64,000 nucleotides of DNA from a virus. The position numbers and the translations under genes are program-made. Below, piece by piece: positions 39,904 to 49,337 of this stretch; position 1 is the stretch's first letter; every line of letters starts with the position of its first letter. The notes below the pieces were generated by a model. The model did no database searches. It was not told where the DNA came from and saw only the letters and a list, made by a program, of their open reading frames with translations. The stretch is taken from the IMG/VR virus record IMGVR_UViG_3300032213_001070, positions 20,215-84,214 of that record; one strand, written 5' to 3'.

Positions 39904-41146
39904 CTTGTTTTATTTGATTGTTATTTGTCTCTAGTTCAGGCTCCGGTTTTTCCTCTTCAAGTTCTATTGGATCTGATACAGCTTCAGTTGTCTCTAATAC
40001 TGTTAAATCAGCTTCTATGTCTTCATTAGCTATTTCAACCTCATTAGCCACCCTAGCCACCCTAGGAGAGTTATCCTCAGGCACCTCAGGAATAAAGTCA
40101 TCAACATGTTCATAGATATAATTTGCATTTAACTGTTTGAGTAAGTCTTCACTAATAGTAACAGTTTTAACTTTAAAGTAATCAGTGTCTCCAGTTTTTC
40201 CAATTTCATTAGAATACCTTCTCATCAAAACATCTAGTTTATCTGTAGTTAAGACACCTTTGTCAATAAGAGACTTGACAATGTCATCTATATCAGTACC
40301 TAAATAGCTTTTGTTTTTCTTAAGAAATCCAATAAGAGACTTAAAATTCACATGGTTCTTAGTATGACAACTAGATATCTGGTAACTATATTCTTTAAAC
40401 AACATCTCTAAAAACAGCAAAGACTCAATGTAATTAGAATTAGCCATAATCTCCATAGCCAAGATATGATTATCATTATCATTACTCTCAAACATTTGGC
40501 TTATCTGTTCATACATAGCTTCATCTATAATAGTAGCATCATCACCATTTATATGCTTTAGAATTGACATCTCATCATATACAGTAGCACCTACCATCTT
40601 ATGACATAAGTCAGCATGATCATCATCAATAGCATTATACCACTTAGAAGAATTCATATTATCACTGTGTGATTTTAGAGCTGCATTATCCCCATGTCTA
40701 ATGTCATTATATACAGAATAATCAAACAATACTTTGTCTTCTTGATAGTTTTCTAATGCTTCTCGGATGTTTTCTCTGTACCTGTCATCCATATACATAT
40801 TTGGATCATTCATTAACTCATTGAAGTCTGTAAGATCCATGCTGTATCTCCATACACCACTAGTAATTTTATCCTTTGTATTCTTTGCAGCAAATATATG
40901 TGTTGCTTCATCTATATTTCTTACAGTTCTTATCCCATGTTGTAAAGCTAGATCTTTAAGCTTTATTCTTGGAACATTGACTCCTGGTAGAAAATAAAGT
41001 TTGTCACCTTTTGTAGGAACATATTCATCAAGATATGTGGGAAACATATCTTCAGTCCTATCTTCCATACAGAATAAAGGTTCTACTTTAATCATTACCT
41101 CTCTTTCACTTGATTCTACTTCTGATATTACAATATATCTTTTCAT
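39878..41146 (-). CDS. Hypothetical protein, 422 aa, with an acidic tail
   Basis: Long ORF next to the MoxR/VWA pair. Confidence 0.7.
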   Translation of the reverse strand: MKRYIVISEVESSEREVMIKVEPLFCMEDRTEDMFPTYLDEYVPTKGDKLYFLPGVNVPRIKLKDLALQHGIRTVRNIDEATHIFAAKNTKDKITSGVWRYSMDLTDFNELMNDPNMYMDDRYRENIREALENYQEDKVLFDYSVYNDIRHGDNAALKSHSDNMNSSKWYNAIDDDHADLCHKMVGATVYDEMSILKHINGDDATIIDEAMYEQISQMFESNDNDNHILAMEIMANSNYIESLLFLEMLFKEYSYQISSCHTKNHVNFKSLIGFLKKNKSYLGTDIDDIVKSLIDKGVLTTDKLDVLMRRYSNEIGKTGDTDYFKVKTVTISEDLLKQLNANYIYEHVDDFIPEVPEDNSPRVARVANEVEIANEDIEADLTVLETTEAVSDPIELEEEKPEPELETNNNQIKQDDTDFDWF

Positions 41147-41163
41147 AGTTTAAAAATTAATAA

Positions 41164-41181
41164 GGGGAGTATTACCTCCCC
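41164..41181 (-). terminator. GC-rich hairpin, possible terminator or processing site
   Basis: GGGGAG-N6-CTCCCC in an intergenic space with an imperfect T tail. Confidence 0.5.
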
Positions 41182-41240
41182 CTATGTTTGTTTGTATTTA
41201 AATTATTTTTCTTTAAAAGGGAAAAAGCTTAATGCTTCAA

Positions 41241-42410
41241 TTACTTGACAGCCATCTTCACCACGTCCTTATTCATCATAAGTTGTGCAAACTTAACCTT
41301 GTTTCCATTGACAATCTCCTTGATGATATAGTATCTAAGGTCATCAGTAAATGCATCACAGTCTGTAGTAAGCTTGATTAGTCTTTGAGTCATTCCGCTC
41401 GGAACAGGCTTAGTATCTGCAAACACCAATGAATAATTTATTAATCTGGTTGCAATCACACTAGATATGTCTGCTCTAAAGTCATCATCTTTACCTACAG
41501 CATTTGTTAATGCATTCATTACATATTGCTCATCTTTAGTAAGTGTATCTTCAGGTGAGATAATCTTATCCAACTTGTTGTTAATGAACATAGTAAACAT
41601 AGAACTAAAGTCTACACCAACAGAACCCTCACCAATCATTTGAATTAGAGGCAGGTCTGCTTCAAACTTAGGAATAGAGCTAATAGCATTAAAGAAAGTA
41701 GTAATAGATCTTGGATTAACTCTTTGAGTTACCAATTCTGGGTGCATCAACATAAAGTTAATACATCTACCATCTATTCCTGCAGTCTCAGCCCACTTAG
41801 CCCATACGTTTACATCATACTTCAACTCCACAGATACAAATCTTGTCTTCTGAGCTACATCCAAGCTAGTTACATTATAGTCACCATTGTCCGGATTAGT
41901 AGTCAAGATCACATGCCAGTTCTTAGGAAGCTTCCATGATACATATTCCTGTCTATCTAAGATCTCCATAGTAGCTTGCATAAATCTATGGTCAGCCCGG
42001 GTATAGTCATCAAGAATCAAGAAACCACCTTCTCCTTTACCTTGAATCCATTCAGGAGCAGCATGTGACATACGCTTACCAATAACTTTGTAACCTTTCT
42101 TAATGGCTGCATCTATCTGAGCTTCATTAATCCAAGTAGTTTTACCTTCTGCATTCTGTATTTCAAATTCTTTTACAGGAAAACCAACTAAGTCACCTAA
42201 TTCTTCCAACTGAGATAAATTCAGCTTTACTACTTGCATGTCCATTTCTTTACCCAACTGCATGATAGCAGAAGTCTTACCCAGACCAGCATCACCCTCA
42301 ATATTAATAGCTACGGGAACCTTACCCTCTGCTTGAATATACTGATTGTTGTTAACCATGTGCTTAATAAAGCTCTTTAACTCTTCTACATTCAATTGTA
42401 CTTGACTCAT
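41241..42410 (-). CDS. MoxR-like AAA+ ATPase
   Basis: Walker A GDAGLGKT, Walker B LILDD, TTNP sensor, LDVAQKTRF arginine finger; adjacent to a VWA gene. Confidence 0.85.
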   Translation of the reverse strand: MSQVQLNVEELKSFIKHMVNNNQYIQAEGKVPVAINIEGDAGLGKTSAIMQLGKEMDMQVVKLNLSQLEELGDLVGFPVKEFEIQNAEGKTTWINEAQIDAAIKKGYKVIGKRMSHAAPEWIQGKGEGGFLILDDYTRADHRFMQATMEILDRQEYVSWKLPKNWHVILTTNPDNGDYNVTSLDVAQKTRFVSVELKYDVNVWAKWAETAGIDGRCINFMLMHPELVTQRVNPRSITTFFNAISSIPKFEADLPLIQMIGEGSVGVDFSSMFTMFINNKLDKIISPEDTLTKDEQYVMNALTNAVGKDDDFRADISSVIATRLINYSLVFADTKPVPSGMTQRLIKLTTDCDAFTDDLRYYIIKEIVNGNKVKFAQLMMNKDVVKMAVK

Positions 42411-42420
42411 AATCTTTAAT

Positions 42421-43428
42421 TTATAATTCTAATTTAATTACTTTACCTGGTAAATCATTATTCATATAGGACTGCTCTGATAAAACCCATAGGATGTTCC
42501 CTTTTGGTTTTACAGAATAACCACATTCACCATCAGTAAAATACACCAGGCTAGTATATTTCTTTAGGTTTTCATTATAATATTCCAGGACGGGATCAAA
42601 CTCAGTCCCACCTCTTCCGTGTATATTCATTTCATGCTTTCCTGTATAAGGTTTGATAGAATGTATTTTAGTATCACATTGTACTATAGTAATATCAACA
42701 CCTGCCTTATAGATATGATGAATCTCATTCATAAACTCTTTGAGCTCATCATCACTTACAGAACCTGAAGTATCTATAGCTAAAAGCATATGTTGTTTCA
42801 TCTTAATCTTGAGACCCGGATTGTCACTAAATCTTCTATTCTCTTTCCGCCTGATTTTCTTGGTAAATACTTTTGTACTGATTCCAGTAAACCTACGGAT
42901 ATACCCTCTCCAGTCAAACTTAGGTGGTACAATCTCCTCAACTACAATAACTCCTTCTATCTCACCAGGAACAGTACCACGTTTCTTAACAGTTTGCTCC
43001 TTAGCATCACTAAGCACTTTCTGCAATTGCTTTTCAATTAACTTTTGCTCAGCTTCAGTAAGATTATCAAACTCTTCCCAGGTACCATGATCAGGAACAT
43101 TACCCATATCAATATTGTCAAGAAGATTGTCCATTGCTTGATTACCGCAAGTACCATTCTTCTCTTTCTCATCTTTAAACTCTTTAAGCTTGTCATAGTA
43201 ATATCTACAACCTGCTCTAAGTTCAAGATTCATATCAGCATAGTCTTCTATAAAAATACCTCTACCAGGAGCATTCTTAAGTATCTCAGCTATTTCTTCA
43301 GGACTAGCTCCTGTTTCTATAGCTGCAGACATTTCAAGTTTTAGTTTTTCATTCAATGCTTCATATTCTTCTTTAGAATATTCTCCGCCCGGCAACCAAG
43401 ACTTTTCAATGTACTGATTGATTTCCAT
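42421..43428 (-). CDS. Exon 2 of a DUF2201-type metallopeptidase-VWA protein (spliced product about 434 aa)
   Basis: Begins MEINQYI; MIDAS DTSGS, CDT, GRGGT and FTDG motifs. Confidence 0.85.
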   Translation of the reverse strand: MEINQYIEKSWLPGGEYSKEEYEALNEKLKLEMSAAIETGASPEEIAEILKNAPGRGIFIEDYADMNLELRAGCRYYYDKLKEFKDEKEKNGTCGNQAMDNLLDNIDMGNVPDHGTWEEFDNLTEAEQKLIEKQLQKVLSDAKEQTVKKRGTVPGEIEGVIVVEEIVPPKFDWRGYIRRFTGISTKVFTKKIRRKENRRFSDNPGLKIKMKQHMLLAIDTSGSVSDDELKEFMNEIHHIYKAGVDITIVQCDTKIHSIKPYTGKHEMNIHGRGGTEFDPVLEYYNENLKKYTSLVYFTDGECGYSVKPKGNILWVLSEQSYMNNDLPGKVIKLEL

Positions 43429-43737
43429 CATTTGTGTTAGCTGCATGTTTCCCTGCAGATCGGACTATACCTTCACCCCAGTAGGGTGGCTTATTGTAGT
43501 CTCTGAACCTCTTTCTTTAAAATAGTTTTCAAATTTATTCTTCTTTCTGTCTAACTTTTTAAAGAAATTTGGCTGCGGATCACCCATTTGGACATCTCTA
43601 TCTTTTTTACTATACCTGAATAATTAGTTCAGCCACATACTACCTCACGGTGCATGCTTAGTAGATAGAGCTTTAGGATTTTCCCGTCAATTTAAAGCTT
43701 TCTCTTACACATTACTGTGCAACGGGACTAGGAATTA
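43429..43737 (-). mobile_element. Group I intron, 309 nt, no intact homing endonuclease
   Basis: Minus strand P AAATTGACGGGAA, Q GATCCGCAGCC, R GGTTCAGAGACTACA, S AAGGTATAGTCC. P1 is GGAU|UA/UAGUCC with a U.G pair; terminal G. Splicing joins ANVAMD|MEINQ. Confidence 0.92.
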
Positions 43738-44034
43738 ATCCATTGCAACATTTGCAAGTCTCTTATCACTAAACTTAAAGTAAGTAGTAAGGTGACCAAA
43801 TGCAATATGAAGCAATTCATGTTTTAATATACCAAGCCTCTGTTCTTCATTAAGACCTTCCCAAAAATCAGGATTAATAGCAAGCTGATAATTAATACCA
43901 TTCTTACTAACTCCGGCAGTAGGAACTCTCTTAGCATCCCATAGCTTATTCAACATGATGAGAAAGAACCCATAATAAGGTTCCTTCAACATTAGGTCTT
44001 TACTAGCTTTACTTAAACTCTGAACTTTGTCCAT
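43738..44034 (-). CDS. Exon 1 of the metallopeptidase-VWA protein
   Basis: HELLH zinc motif; the ORF stops at the intron's first TAA right after ANVAMD. Confidence 0.85.
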
Positions 44035-44435
44035 TAGTCTTTTAGTTTAATATCTATTTCAAATTTTTCTGTTGGATATCCTAGTTGTCCTAAGAACCCA
44101 ACCATATCTACTACAAAATTCTCTAAGAACAATTCTATTGAATCTTTAGAAGATCCATTAGAAGTCATAAGTGATAAACACTTACCGCTAGTAAGATTAT
44201 TATCCCCTAGTGCAGCAGCTTTATTTAACACCTTATAAGATTTTGGTGCTTCTTTTTCCCAAGCATCTTTTGGTAACTTAGAAAACTTATACAGCACTAG
44301 TAACTCACCAATATATTTTTTGTGGTCAGTATTCTCTAATGCTTGAAATGCAATAACATGATTATCCTGATCTTCAGATTTAAGCATGTTTAATAAATTC
44401 TTTGTTTCTTCTTTGTCAAAAATCATTTTTGCCAT
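44034..44435 (-). CDS. Hypothetical protein, 133 aa
   Basis: TAATG-coupled ORF. Confidence 0.7.
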   Translation of the reverse strand: MAKMIFDKEETKNLLNMLKSEDQDNHVIAFQALENTDHKKYIGELLVLYKFSKLPKDAWEKEAPKSYKVLNKAAALGDNNLTSGKCLSLMTSNGSSKDSIELFLENFVVDMVGFLGQLGYPTEKFEIDIKLKD

Positions 44436-44818
44436 TAGTTCTTATTTTTTTGTTCTACAATTTCAATTAGTTTTTCAAGACAAGAAAGTTCAGCTTCTTC
44501 TCTAGTCCTGTGCAATTTATCTGATTCAATAGATAATTGATGGTCTGTATAATTTTGAATCCACCAATCAAAGCATCCTTCTTCCTTAGACGGTACGATG
44601 AATCCACTCCATTCAGTTGAATAATCAAACCATCTAAATGCTTGAGAGAATGTTGGTGCAATTAACCATTCTTCATCAATGTCATCTTGTTCTCTTACCG
44701 TAAATAGATATTCTTCTTCATCATAAAAAGCAAAGCAGTCTTCATCAACACCTTCTTTTTTATATCCAAGTTGCTTCATTTTTAAAGCTAACTCATAAGG
44801 TACAAATTCTTTTTCCAT
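44435..44818 (-). CDS. Hypothetical phage protein, 127 aa (MEKEFVPYELAL...APTFSQAFRWF)
   Basis: TAATG-coupled ORF. Confidence 0.7.
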   Translation of the reverse strand: MEKEFVPYELALKMKQLGYKKEGVDEDCFAFYDEEEYLFTVREQDDIDEEWLIAPTFSQAFRWFDYSTEWSGFIVPSKEEGCFDWWIQNYTDHQLSIESDKLHRTREEAELSCLEKLIEIVEQKNKN

Positions 44819-45116
44819 TAGTCTTCTATTTTAAATAAATTTAATCCCAAAATAACTGCGTCTAAAGGTTTTTTAATAGCAGGATGCATACTTTTAGTAT
44901 CTAATATTAAACCATCTTTTTCATTTTCATCTTTAGTTACAAATGCTACATATATCTGATGACCATTATATTTATCTTCAGTGAGTATGTCACCTCTTTC
45001 AAATGGTGAACTTTCAGGTATCTGATATACTCCAGTTAGTTTTATATAAGAACCATCTATTGTTACAGTATCTACTGTAAATATGTTATTTACTTTTTCC
45101 ATTAGTCTTCTATTTT
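44809..45116. repeat. 24-bp perfect direct repeat (44809-44832, 45093-45116) flanking one gene
   Basis: ctttttccattagtcttctatttt in both places. Confidence 0.9.
44818..45102 (-). CDS. Hypothetical protein, 94 aa, bounded by the 24-bp repeat
   Basis: TAATG-coupled ORF ending KIED, like the upstream gene. Confidence 0.65.
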   Translation of the reverse strand: MEKVNNIFTVDTVTIDGSYIKLTGVYQIPESSPFERGDILTEDKYNGHQIYVAFVTKDENEKDGLILDTKSMHPAIKKPLDAVILGLNLFKIED

Positions 45117-45449
45117 TAAAGTTTTAATTGCCCATTTCTCAGGCTTACCACTTGCAATCATAGTAACCCATTCTTTAGCAGTTGGAATGTAATTATTGCA
45201 ATCCTCCTTAATATGCTGTTCAGCAACATATCTTGTATATACAGTTTTACCATCAGCATTTATGAAACTTTTTCCAAATACTCTTTCACATTCAAATATA
45301 CCTTCACTATGGTGACGGAACATTCTATGCATACTGTGTCCAATCCACCCTTTAGTTTCATCAAGCCACTCGTGAATAGCTTGATAATCAGAAACTTGAC
45401 CTTTCCATTTTCTTACTGATGTTTTACAGTGTTCTAAAGGATGTGCCAT
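45102..45449 (-). CDS. DUF6915-like His-rich protein
   Basis: MAHPLEH...IHEWLDETK...HRMFRHHSEGIFE...EQHIKED. Confidence 0.6.
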   Translation of the reverse strand: MAHPLEHCKTSVRKWKGQVSDYQAIHEWLDETKGWIGHSMHRMFRHHSEGIFECERVFGKSFINADGKTVYTRYVAEQHIKEDCNNYIPTAKEWVTMIASGKPEKWAIKTLKIED

Positions 45450-45853
45450 TATTCTTCAGCTTTTTCTAAGATACTACCATCATGAAAATATTCTTCATAA
45501 ACAATAATTCTTACACTATTGTTTATAATATATTTTCCTGAAGGAACACAAATACATAATTCACCAAAACCACCTTCATTATTCCACCAATCTTCTATAT
45601 CATTAAGAAGTTTTTCATCAGCAAAGGATTCAATTGCCTTATGGGCATCTTGAGAAATATTATGTAACAACCAATCATTTTCCCAATCTTCTACATTGTC
45701 ATTTACATCTTCTGGAGTTTCACACTTTTCTGTTGTATAACCAATCCATTCTATGGAACCGGAGTCTCCTCCGCCATCATATTTTACTTTAATACCGGTA
45801 ACACCAAGATCAGCCAACTTAAGAAGAAGGCCTGTTAATTCATTTTCTGTCAT
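45449..45853 (-). CDS. DUF6878-like protein
   Basis: YDGGGDSGSIE...WWNNEGGFG. Confidence 0.6.
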   Translation of the reverse strand: MTENELTGLLLKLADLGVTGIKVKYDGGGDSGSIEWIGYTTEKCETPEDVNDNVEDWENDWLLHNISQDAHKAIESFADEKLLNDIEDWWNNEGGFGELCICVPSGKYIINNSVRIIVYEEYFHDGSILEKAEE

Positions 45854-46041
45854 ACTTTTGCTTTTTGAATAAAATGTTTTGCTACTTCAGGAATGTGTTT
45901 CTTGTAGTAAGGTTGTTCAGATTTACACCATTGTTTCACTTCATCCTTTGTATTAAACTTTTGGTACGGAAATGTTATTTCCAACTCTTTGATAAAATCA
46001 TTTACAGTCCAACCTTCCCAGATGTGTCTGTCATTACTCAT
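45850..46041 (-). CDS. Hypothetical protein, 63 aa
   Basis: ATGA-coupled ORF. Confidence 0.6.
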   Translation of the reverse strand: MSNDRHIWEGWTVNDFIKELEITFPYQKFNTKDEVKQWCKSEQPYYKKHIPEVAKHFIQKAKV

Positions 46042-46042
46042 A

Positions 46043-46468
46043 TTATTTTATTTTAAAGAAACGGCCAAGTATATTTCCATTTAAGAATTCTTCTTTCTCA
46101 AGAACTTCCCTAACAAACTGATACTTAGTCTCATAATATGTAAGTTCCATTTTGGAAAAACATATCTTAACCATAAACCTTTTAATCTTTACACCAGCTT
46201 TGTGAGCTTCTTTAAGAACTGCATTACTACTATAATAGTTTTGATAACTGGGTTTAGTAACAGTCTCATACTTTTTAGTCCTTTTATCTGTTACTTGAGC
46301 CATAGCTCTTTTACCAAACTTCTTTTTTGTAACAGAGTAAAAGTTCTTTTTACCTACATATCTTACAGACTTTCCATTGATAACAGCTTCCATCTCATAC
46401 ACAAAACCTACGGCTCCATCTGGAATCATGCTATCATTAAAAGGTCTTCCTTCATATAACCAACTCAT
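46043..46468 (-). CDS. GIY-YIG-like nuclease (likely start MSWLYEG at 46468)
   Basis: GFVY...YVGKK...E...FLNGNI. Confidence 0.65.
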   Translation of the reverse strand: MSWLYEGRPFNDSMIPDGAVGFVYEMEAVINGKSVRYVGKKNFYSVTKKKFGKRAMAQVTDKRTKKYETVTKPSYQNYYSSNAVLKEAHKAGVKIKRFMVKICFSKMELTYYETKYQFVREVLEKEEFLNGNILGRFFKIK

Positions 46469-46620
46469 TTGTGCTTGTATCTTTTCATGTGCCAATCCGC
46501 TACAGTATTAACCATAGTAGCTAATATACTTATTGCTTCTTCTATTGATCTTGCTTCAAAACTTAATCTTGCTTTTGTTATATTATGTTTAAAAACATAA
46601 TCATACATAGGATTTTTCAT
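46465..46620 (-). CDS. Hypothetical protein, 51 aa
   Basis: Translated by hand (MKNPMYDY...KHK); ATGA overlaps on both sides. Confidence 0.55.
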   Translation of the reverse strand: MKNPMYDYVFKHNITKARLSFEARSIEEAISILATMVNTVADWHMKRYKHK

Positions 46621-47597
46621 AATGCTTGTTTTAATAGTAAAAATAATACATCTCTAACTTTATCTATACCATGCAGCTTAACAGAATCTGAAAGATCTTT
46701 TTCCATAGGTAGAATAATATAATTAAACCCATACATATGTTTGTATCTTTCAGCTGCTTTTATCCCCGGCTCATCATTATCAAACAGAACAATAATCTTT
46801 TGATAATGTCTTACAAACTCACTCATAGCTCTTTCACCTATCATAGTATTCTCACTGTCCGGAGCAATAGCTTCAATATTATTAATACCTAGTCTATTAA
46901 AACACATCAGATCTTTAAGAGAAGAAGTAATCAGTAGATATTTACTTTCATACTTAAGCTGATCCATACCTTGGATATAATTCTCAACTTTTATAAATTT
47001 CTTATCTGGTACCTTGGGCATGTAAATTTTGTATAAACTCCCATCATTTCTAAAATAACCATATGTATATGGCTTTTTAAATACAAATGAAGTCATAGTA
47101 CCATCTGTTTCTGTTTTCTCCATTGTAAAGAAATCTAAAGGAACAACATTATATCTATCAAGCATACTAGAACCAATTTTAAAACCTATCCAGTAATCTT
47201 TATCTAAATTATTCCAGTGCCTCATCTCATAATCCACAACCTTAAACTTGTCATGTATTACTATTTCTCTCTTCTCAAGTACTGTATTGTTTTTAAGATA
47301 TGCTTGATAGTCATTCATTAGTTTCTTAGCTGCTTCACCTGGAGACAGGTTATACAACTGCTGAATCAAATTCCATGAGCTACCCTGATTACCTGAAGAA
47401 AAATCTTTGTGCTTATATCTATTAGATACAACATCAAAATAAATAAACATAGAAGGAACTTTATCCTTTGAGTTAAATGCAGAAAGCATTTTTATATCTT
47501 GACCTGTAAGTTTTTCTTTTAGGTTTAAATAATATTCATAAATCCATTCATCCGGTACATCTTTTATATCAGATATCAGTCCTTTGGTTGAAATCAT
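46617..47597 (-). CDS. DNA primase (TOPRIM domain)
   Basis: ITSSLKD...FDNDEPG...EKDLSD; replication context. Confidence 0.8.
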   Translation of the reverse strand: MISTKGLISDIKDVPDEWIYEYYLNLKEKLTGQDIKMLSAFNSKDKVPSMFIYFDVVSNRYKHKDFSSGNQGSSWNLIQQLYNLSPGEAAKKLMNDYQAYLKNNTVLEKREIVIHDKFKVVDYEMRHWNNLDKDYWIGFKIGSSMLDRYNVVPLDFFTMEKTETDGTMTSFVFKKPYTYGYFRNDGSLYKIYMPKVPDKKFIKVENYIQGMDQLKYESKYLLITSSLKDLMCFNRLGINNIEAIAPDSENTMIGERAMSEFVRHYQKIIVLFDNDEPGIKAAERYKHMYGFNYIILPMEKDLSDSVKLHGIDKVRDVLFLLLKQAL

Positions 47598-47612
47598 AAC
47601 ACATAATTAAAT

Positions 47613-47643
47613 AAAAAAGGGGCCAGAAGTATTAACTGACCCC
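47613..47643 (-). terminator. Intrinsic terminator
   Basis: Minus strand GGGGTCAG-N9-CTGGCCCC followed by T6. Confidence 0.75.
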
Positions 47644-47658
47644 TCTTGACTAGTTTAA

Positions 47659-48345
47659 TTAGTCTAAGCTGAAATCAGTAGAAGTTTTATTTGGGATAGT
47701 TAAATCATCATCATCTCCAAAATTCTTAACTTCTTGCACTTCTTGTTTCTTTAAATGAACACTTTCATCAAAAGTTAGTACTTTACCATCTTTAACACTA
47801 CCATAAGCATATTTACCTTTGTCTGCTTTTGGAAGATATAAATTATAGTTAGTATAACCATTTTTGTCAATATATTCTCTACCTGCAACACAGAAGTTTA
47901 AATAGATATCTTTGAACGGTGCAGATTTGTTGAAAGCAATTACAAAGTCATCAATAGTAGCATGTAAATCATCTTGACTTTCAAACCATTGAGAAATGCC
48001 AAGATTATTACAAAGACTTTTAAGAAATAACATAAGTGATTTATCTCTCTCAATCTTAATTCCACCTTTAGTAACACCATCAGCAAAAGCATACATACTT
48101 GCTTTTACTTTACCTACTTGACCAGCATGTCTTCCTAAACTTTCATTGTCTTTATCAATATAAAAACCTTCAAAACCATCAATTGGTTCAGTTTCTACAT
48201 GTAAAAGCAAATGCTTTGCACCCTCAATAAAGCTAAAATCTTCAAGCTCTAGCTTGTTAATTTTAAGTGTAACATTTCCAGGTGAAATTGTTTTAGGAAG
48301 CCCTCCGCCTCCACTAGTTACTAGGTCTTTTGTACTTAATCCCAT
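47659..48345 (-). CDS. Putative single-stranded DNA-binding protein
   Basis: Downstream of the Sak4-like ATPase; acidic C-tail FGDDDD...DFSLD. Confidence 0.55.
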   Translation of the reverse strand: MGLSTKDLVTSGGGGLPKTISPGNVTLKINKLELEDFSFIEGAKHLLLHVETEPIDGFEGFYIDKDNESLGRHAGQVGKVKASMYAFADGVTKGGIKIERDKSLMLFLKSLCNNLGISQWFESQDDLHATIDDFVIAFNKSAPFKDIYLNFCVAGREYIDKNGYTNYNLYLPKADKGKYAYGSVKDGKVLTFDESVHLKKQEVQEVKNFGDDDDLTIPNKTSTDFSLD

Positions 48346-48356
48346 TGTTATTTATT

Positions 48357-48521
48357 TTAATTATTAATGAATACTTTGTCCCATGAAGTTGTTAAAACTC
48401 CACTCTCTGAATCTGTAATTACTATCTCTTGATTTCTCAAATGATCCGGTCTTGCACCGCAAGTTACTTCTTCACTAGTTTTGAAACTTAAAATAGTTTT
48501 GTTTCCTTTTCTATACATATA
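48357..48521 (-). CDS. Exon 2 of the Sak4-like (AAA_24) ATPase (spliced product about 241 aa)
   Basis: YMYRKGNKTILSF...GAR continues ADAIG in frame after the intron's terminal G. Confidence 0.8.
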   Translation of the reverse strand, partial: YMYRKGNKTILSFKTSEEVTCGARPDHLRNQEIVITDSESGVLTTSWDKVFINN

Positions 48522-49337
48522 CATTATCTTCAAATTAATTTGCAAAATTAACCCCGTTTATTAAACTGCTTAACATTTCTGCTAAGATGAGACTATATCT
48601 TCTTCCTTGTTAGGAAGGCTTCCTTTTCCACTACCATTAGCTTGTAGTGTACTCCCCTTTGGGATAGTCGTTGAACCTTTTATAAATAAGTTTTCATATA
48701 CTTGCTTTATCCAAAGTACCCATTCATCATATGAATAGTTCTTTTTAGCAAAATTACATTTTTGACAGCAAGGAACACAATTATTTAGCGTATAACCAAT
48801 GCTATTGTCCTTTCTATCTATACCATTATATACAAACTCAGATGTATCTTTAAATTTTCTTTTATGTCCTTTAAATGTATTTGCTGGAACAGCATTACAA
48901 TAATGACAGTTTTGAACTACAAGTTCCTTAAATTCATCTAAATTAATATCAAAAGTATAATTTCTAAGTAAAGCTTGCTTTTGGTAATTCATGTAAACTT
49001 GATAAAACATTGCTGTAAAAAGAGGTTTAGAACTTCTTTCAACTATTTGTTCAATATTATAACAACCACAAGATTTACTTGCCCCAGATTTAACTGAATA
49101 ACCAGTAACTTTTTTAATGCTTCCACAATCACATTGGCAAATATATCTTTTTGTAGATTTTTCCCAATGAAGCACTGCCCATCTATTAATTTTTGTCCCG
49201 GGTTCTAAACTTAATTTACTCATATTTACTTATTTATAACTTGGCTGCTGATTGTCTTCACCTTTCAGTGGTCAGAGTTCCCAGCAATTAAAAAGCTTTT
49301 TCAATCTATATTACTATAGAAAGTGGCTACTAATTTA
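48522..49337 (-). mobile_element. Group I intron, 816 nt, encoding an HNH homing endonuclease
   Basis: P AATTGCTGGGAA, Q AATCAGCAGCC, R GGTTCAACGACTA, S AAGATATAGTCT. P1 is UGGU|UA/UAGCCA with a U.G pair; terminal G. Confidence 0.92.
48582..49223 (-). CDS. Intron-encoded HNH homing endonuclease
   Basis: CQCDCG, SCGC, CHYC...GIDRKDN..GY...NCVPCC..CN; the 3' end overlaps intron R/S elements. Confidence 0.85.
   Translation of the reverse strand: MSKLSLEPGTKINRWAVLHWEKSTKRYICQCDCGSIKKVTGYSVKSGASKSCGCYNIEQIVERSSKPLFTAMFYQVYMNYQKQALLRNYTFDINLDEFKELVVQNCHYCNAVPANTFKGHKRKFKDTSEFVYNGIDRKDNSIGYTLNNCVPCCQKCNFAKKNYSYDEWVLWIKQVYENLFIKGSTTIPKGSTLQANGSGKGSLPNKEEDIVSS

Noticed and set aside
37828-41233. 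Possible inverted repeats (TTAAGCT...CCC...TTTT) flanking an invertible segment
   Set aside because: The match is short and gapped, all enclosed genes are co-oriented with their neighbours, and no invertase is present.
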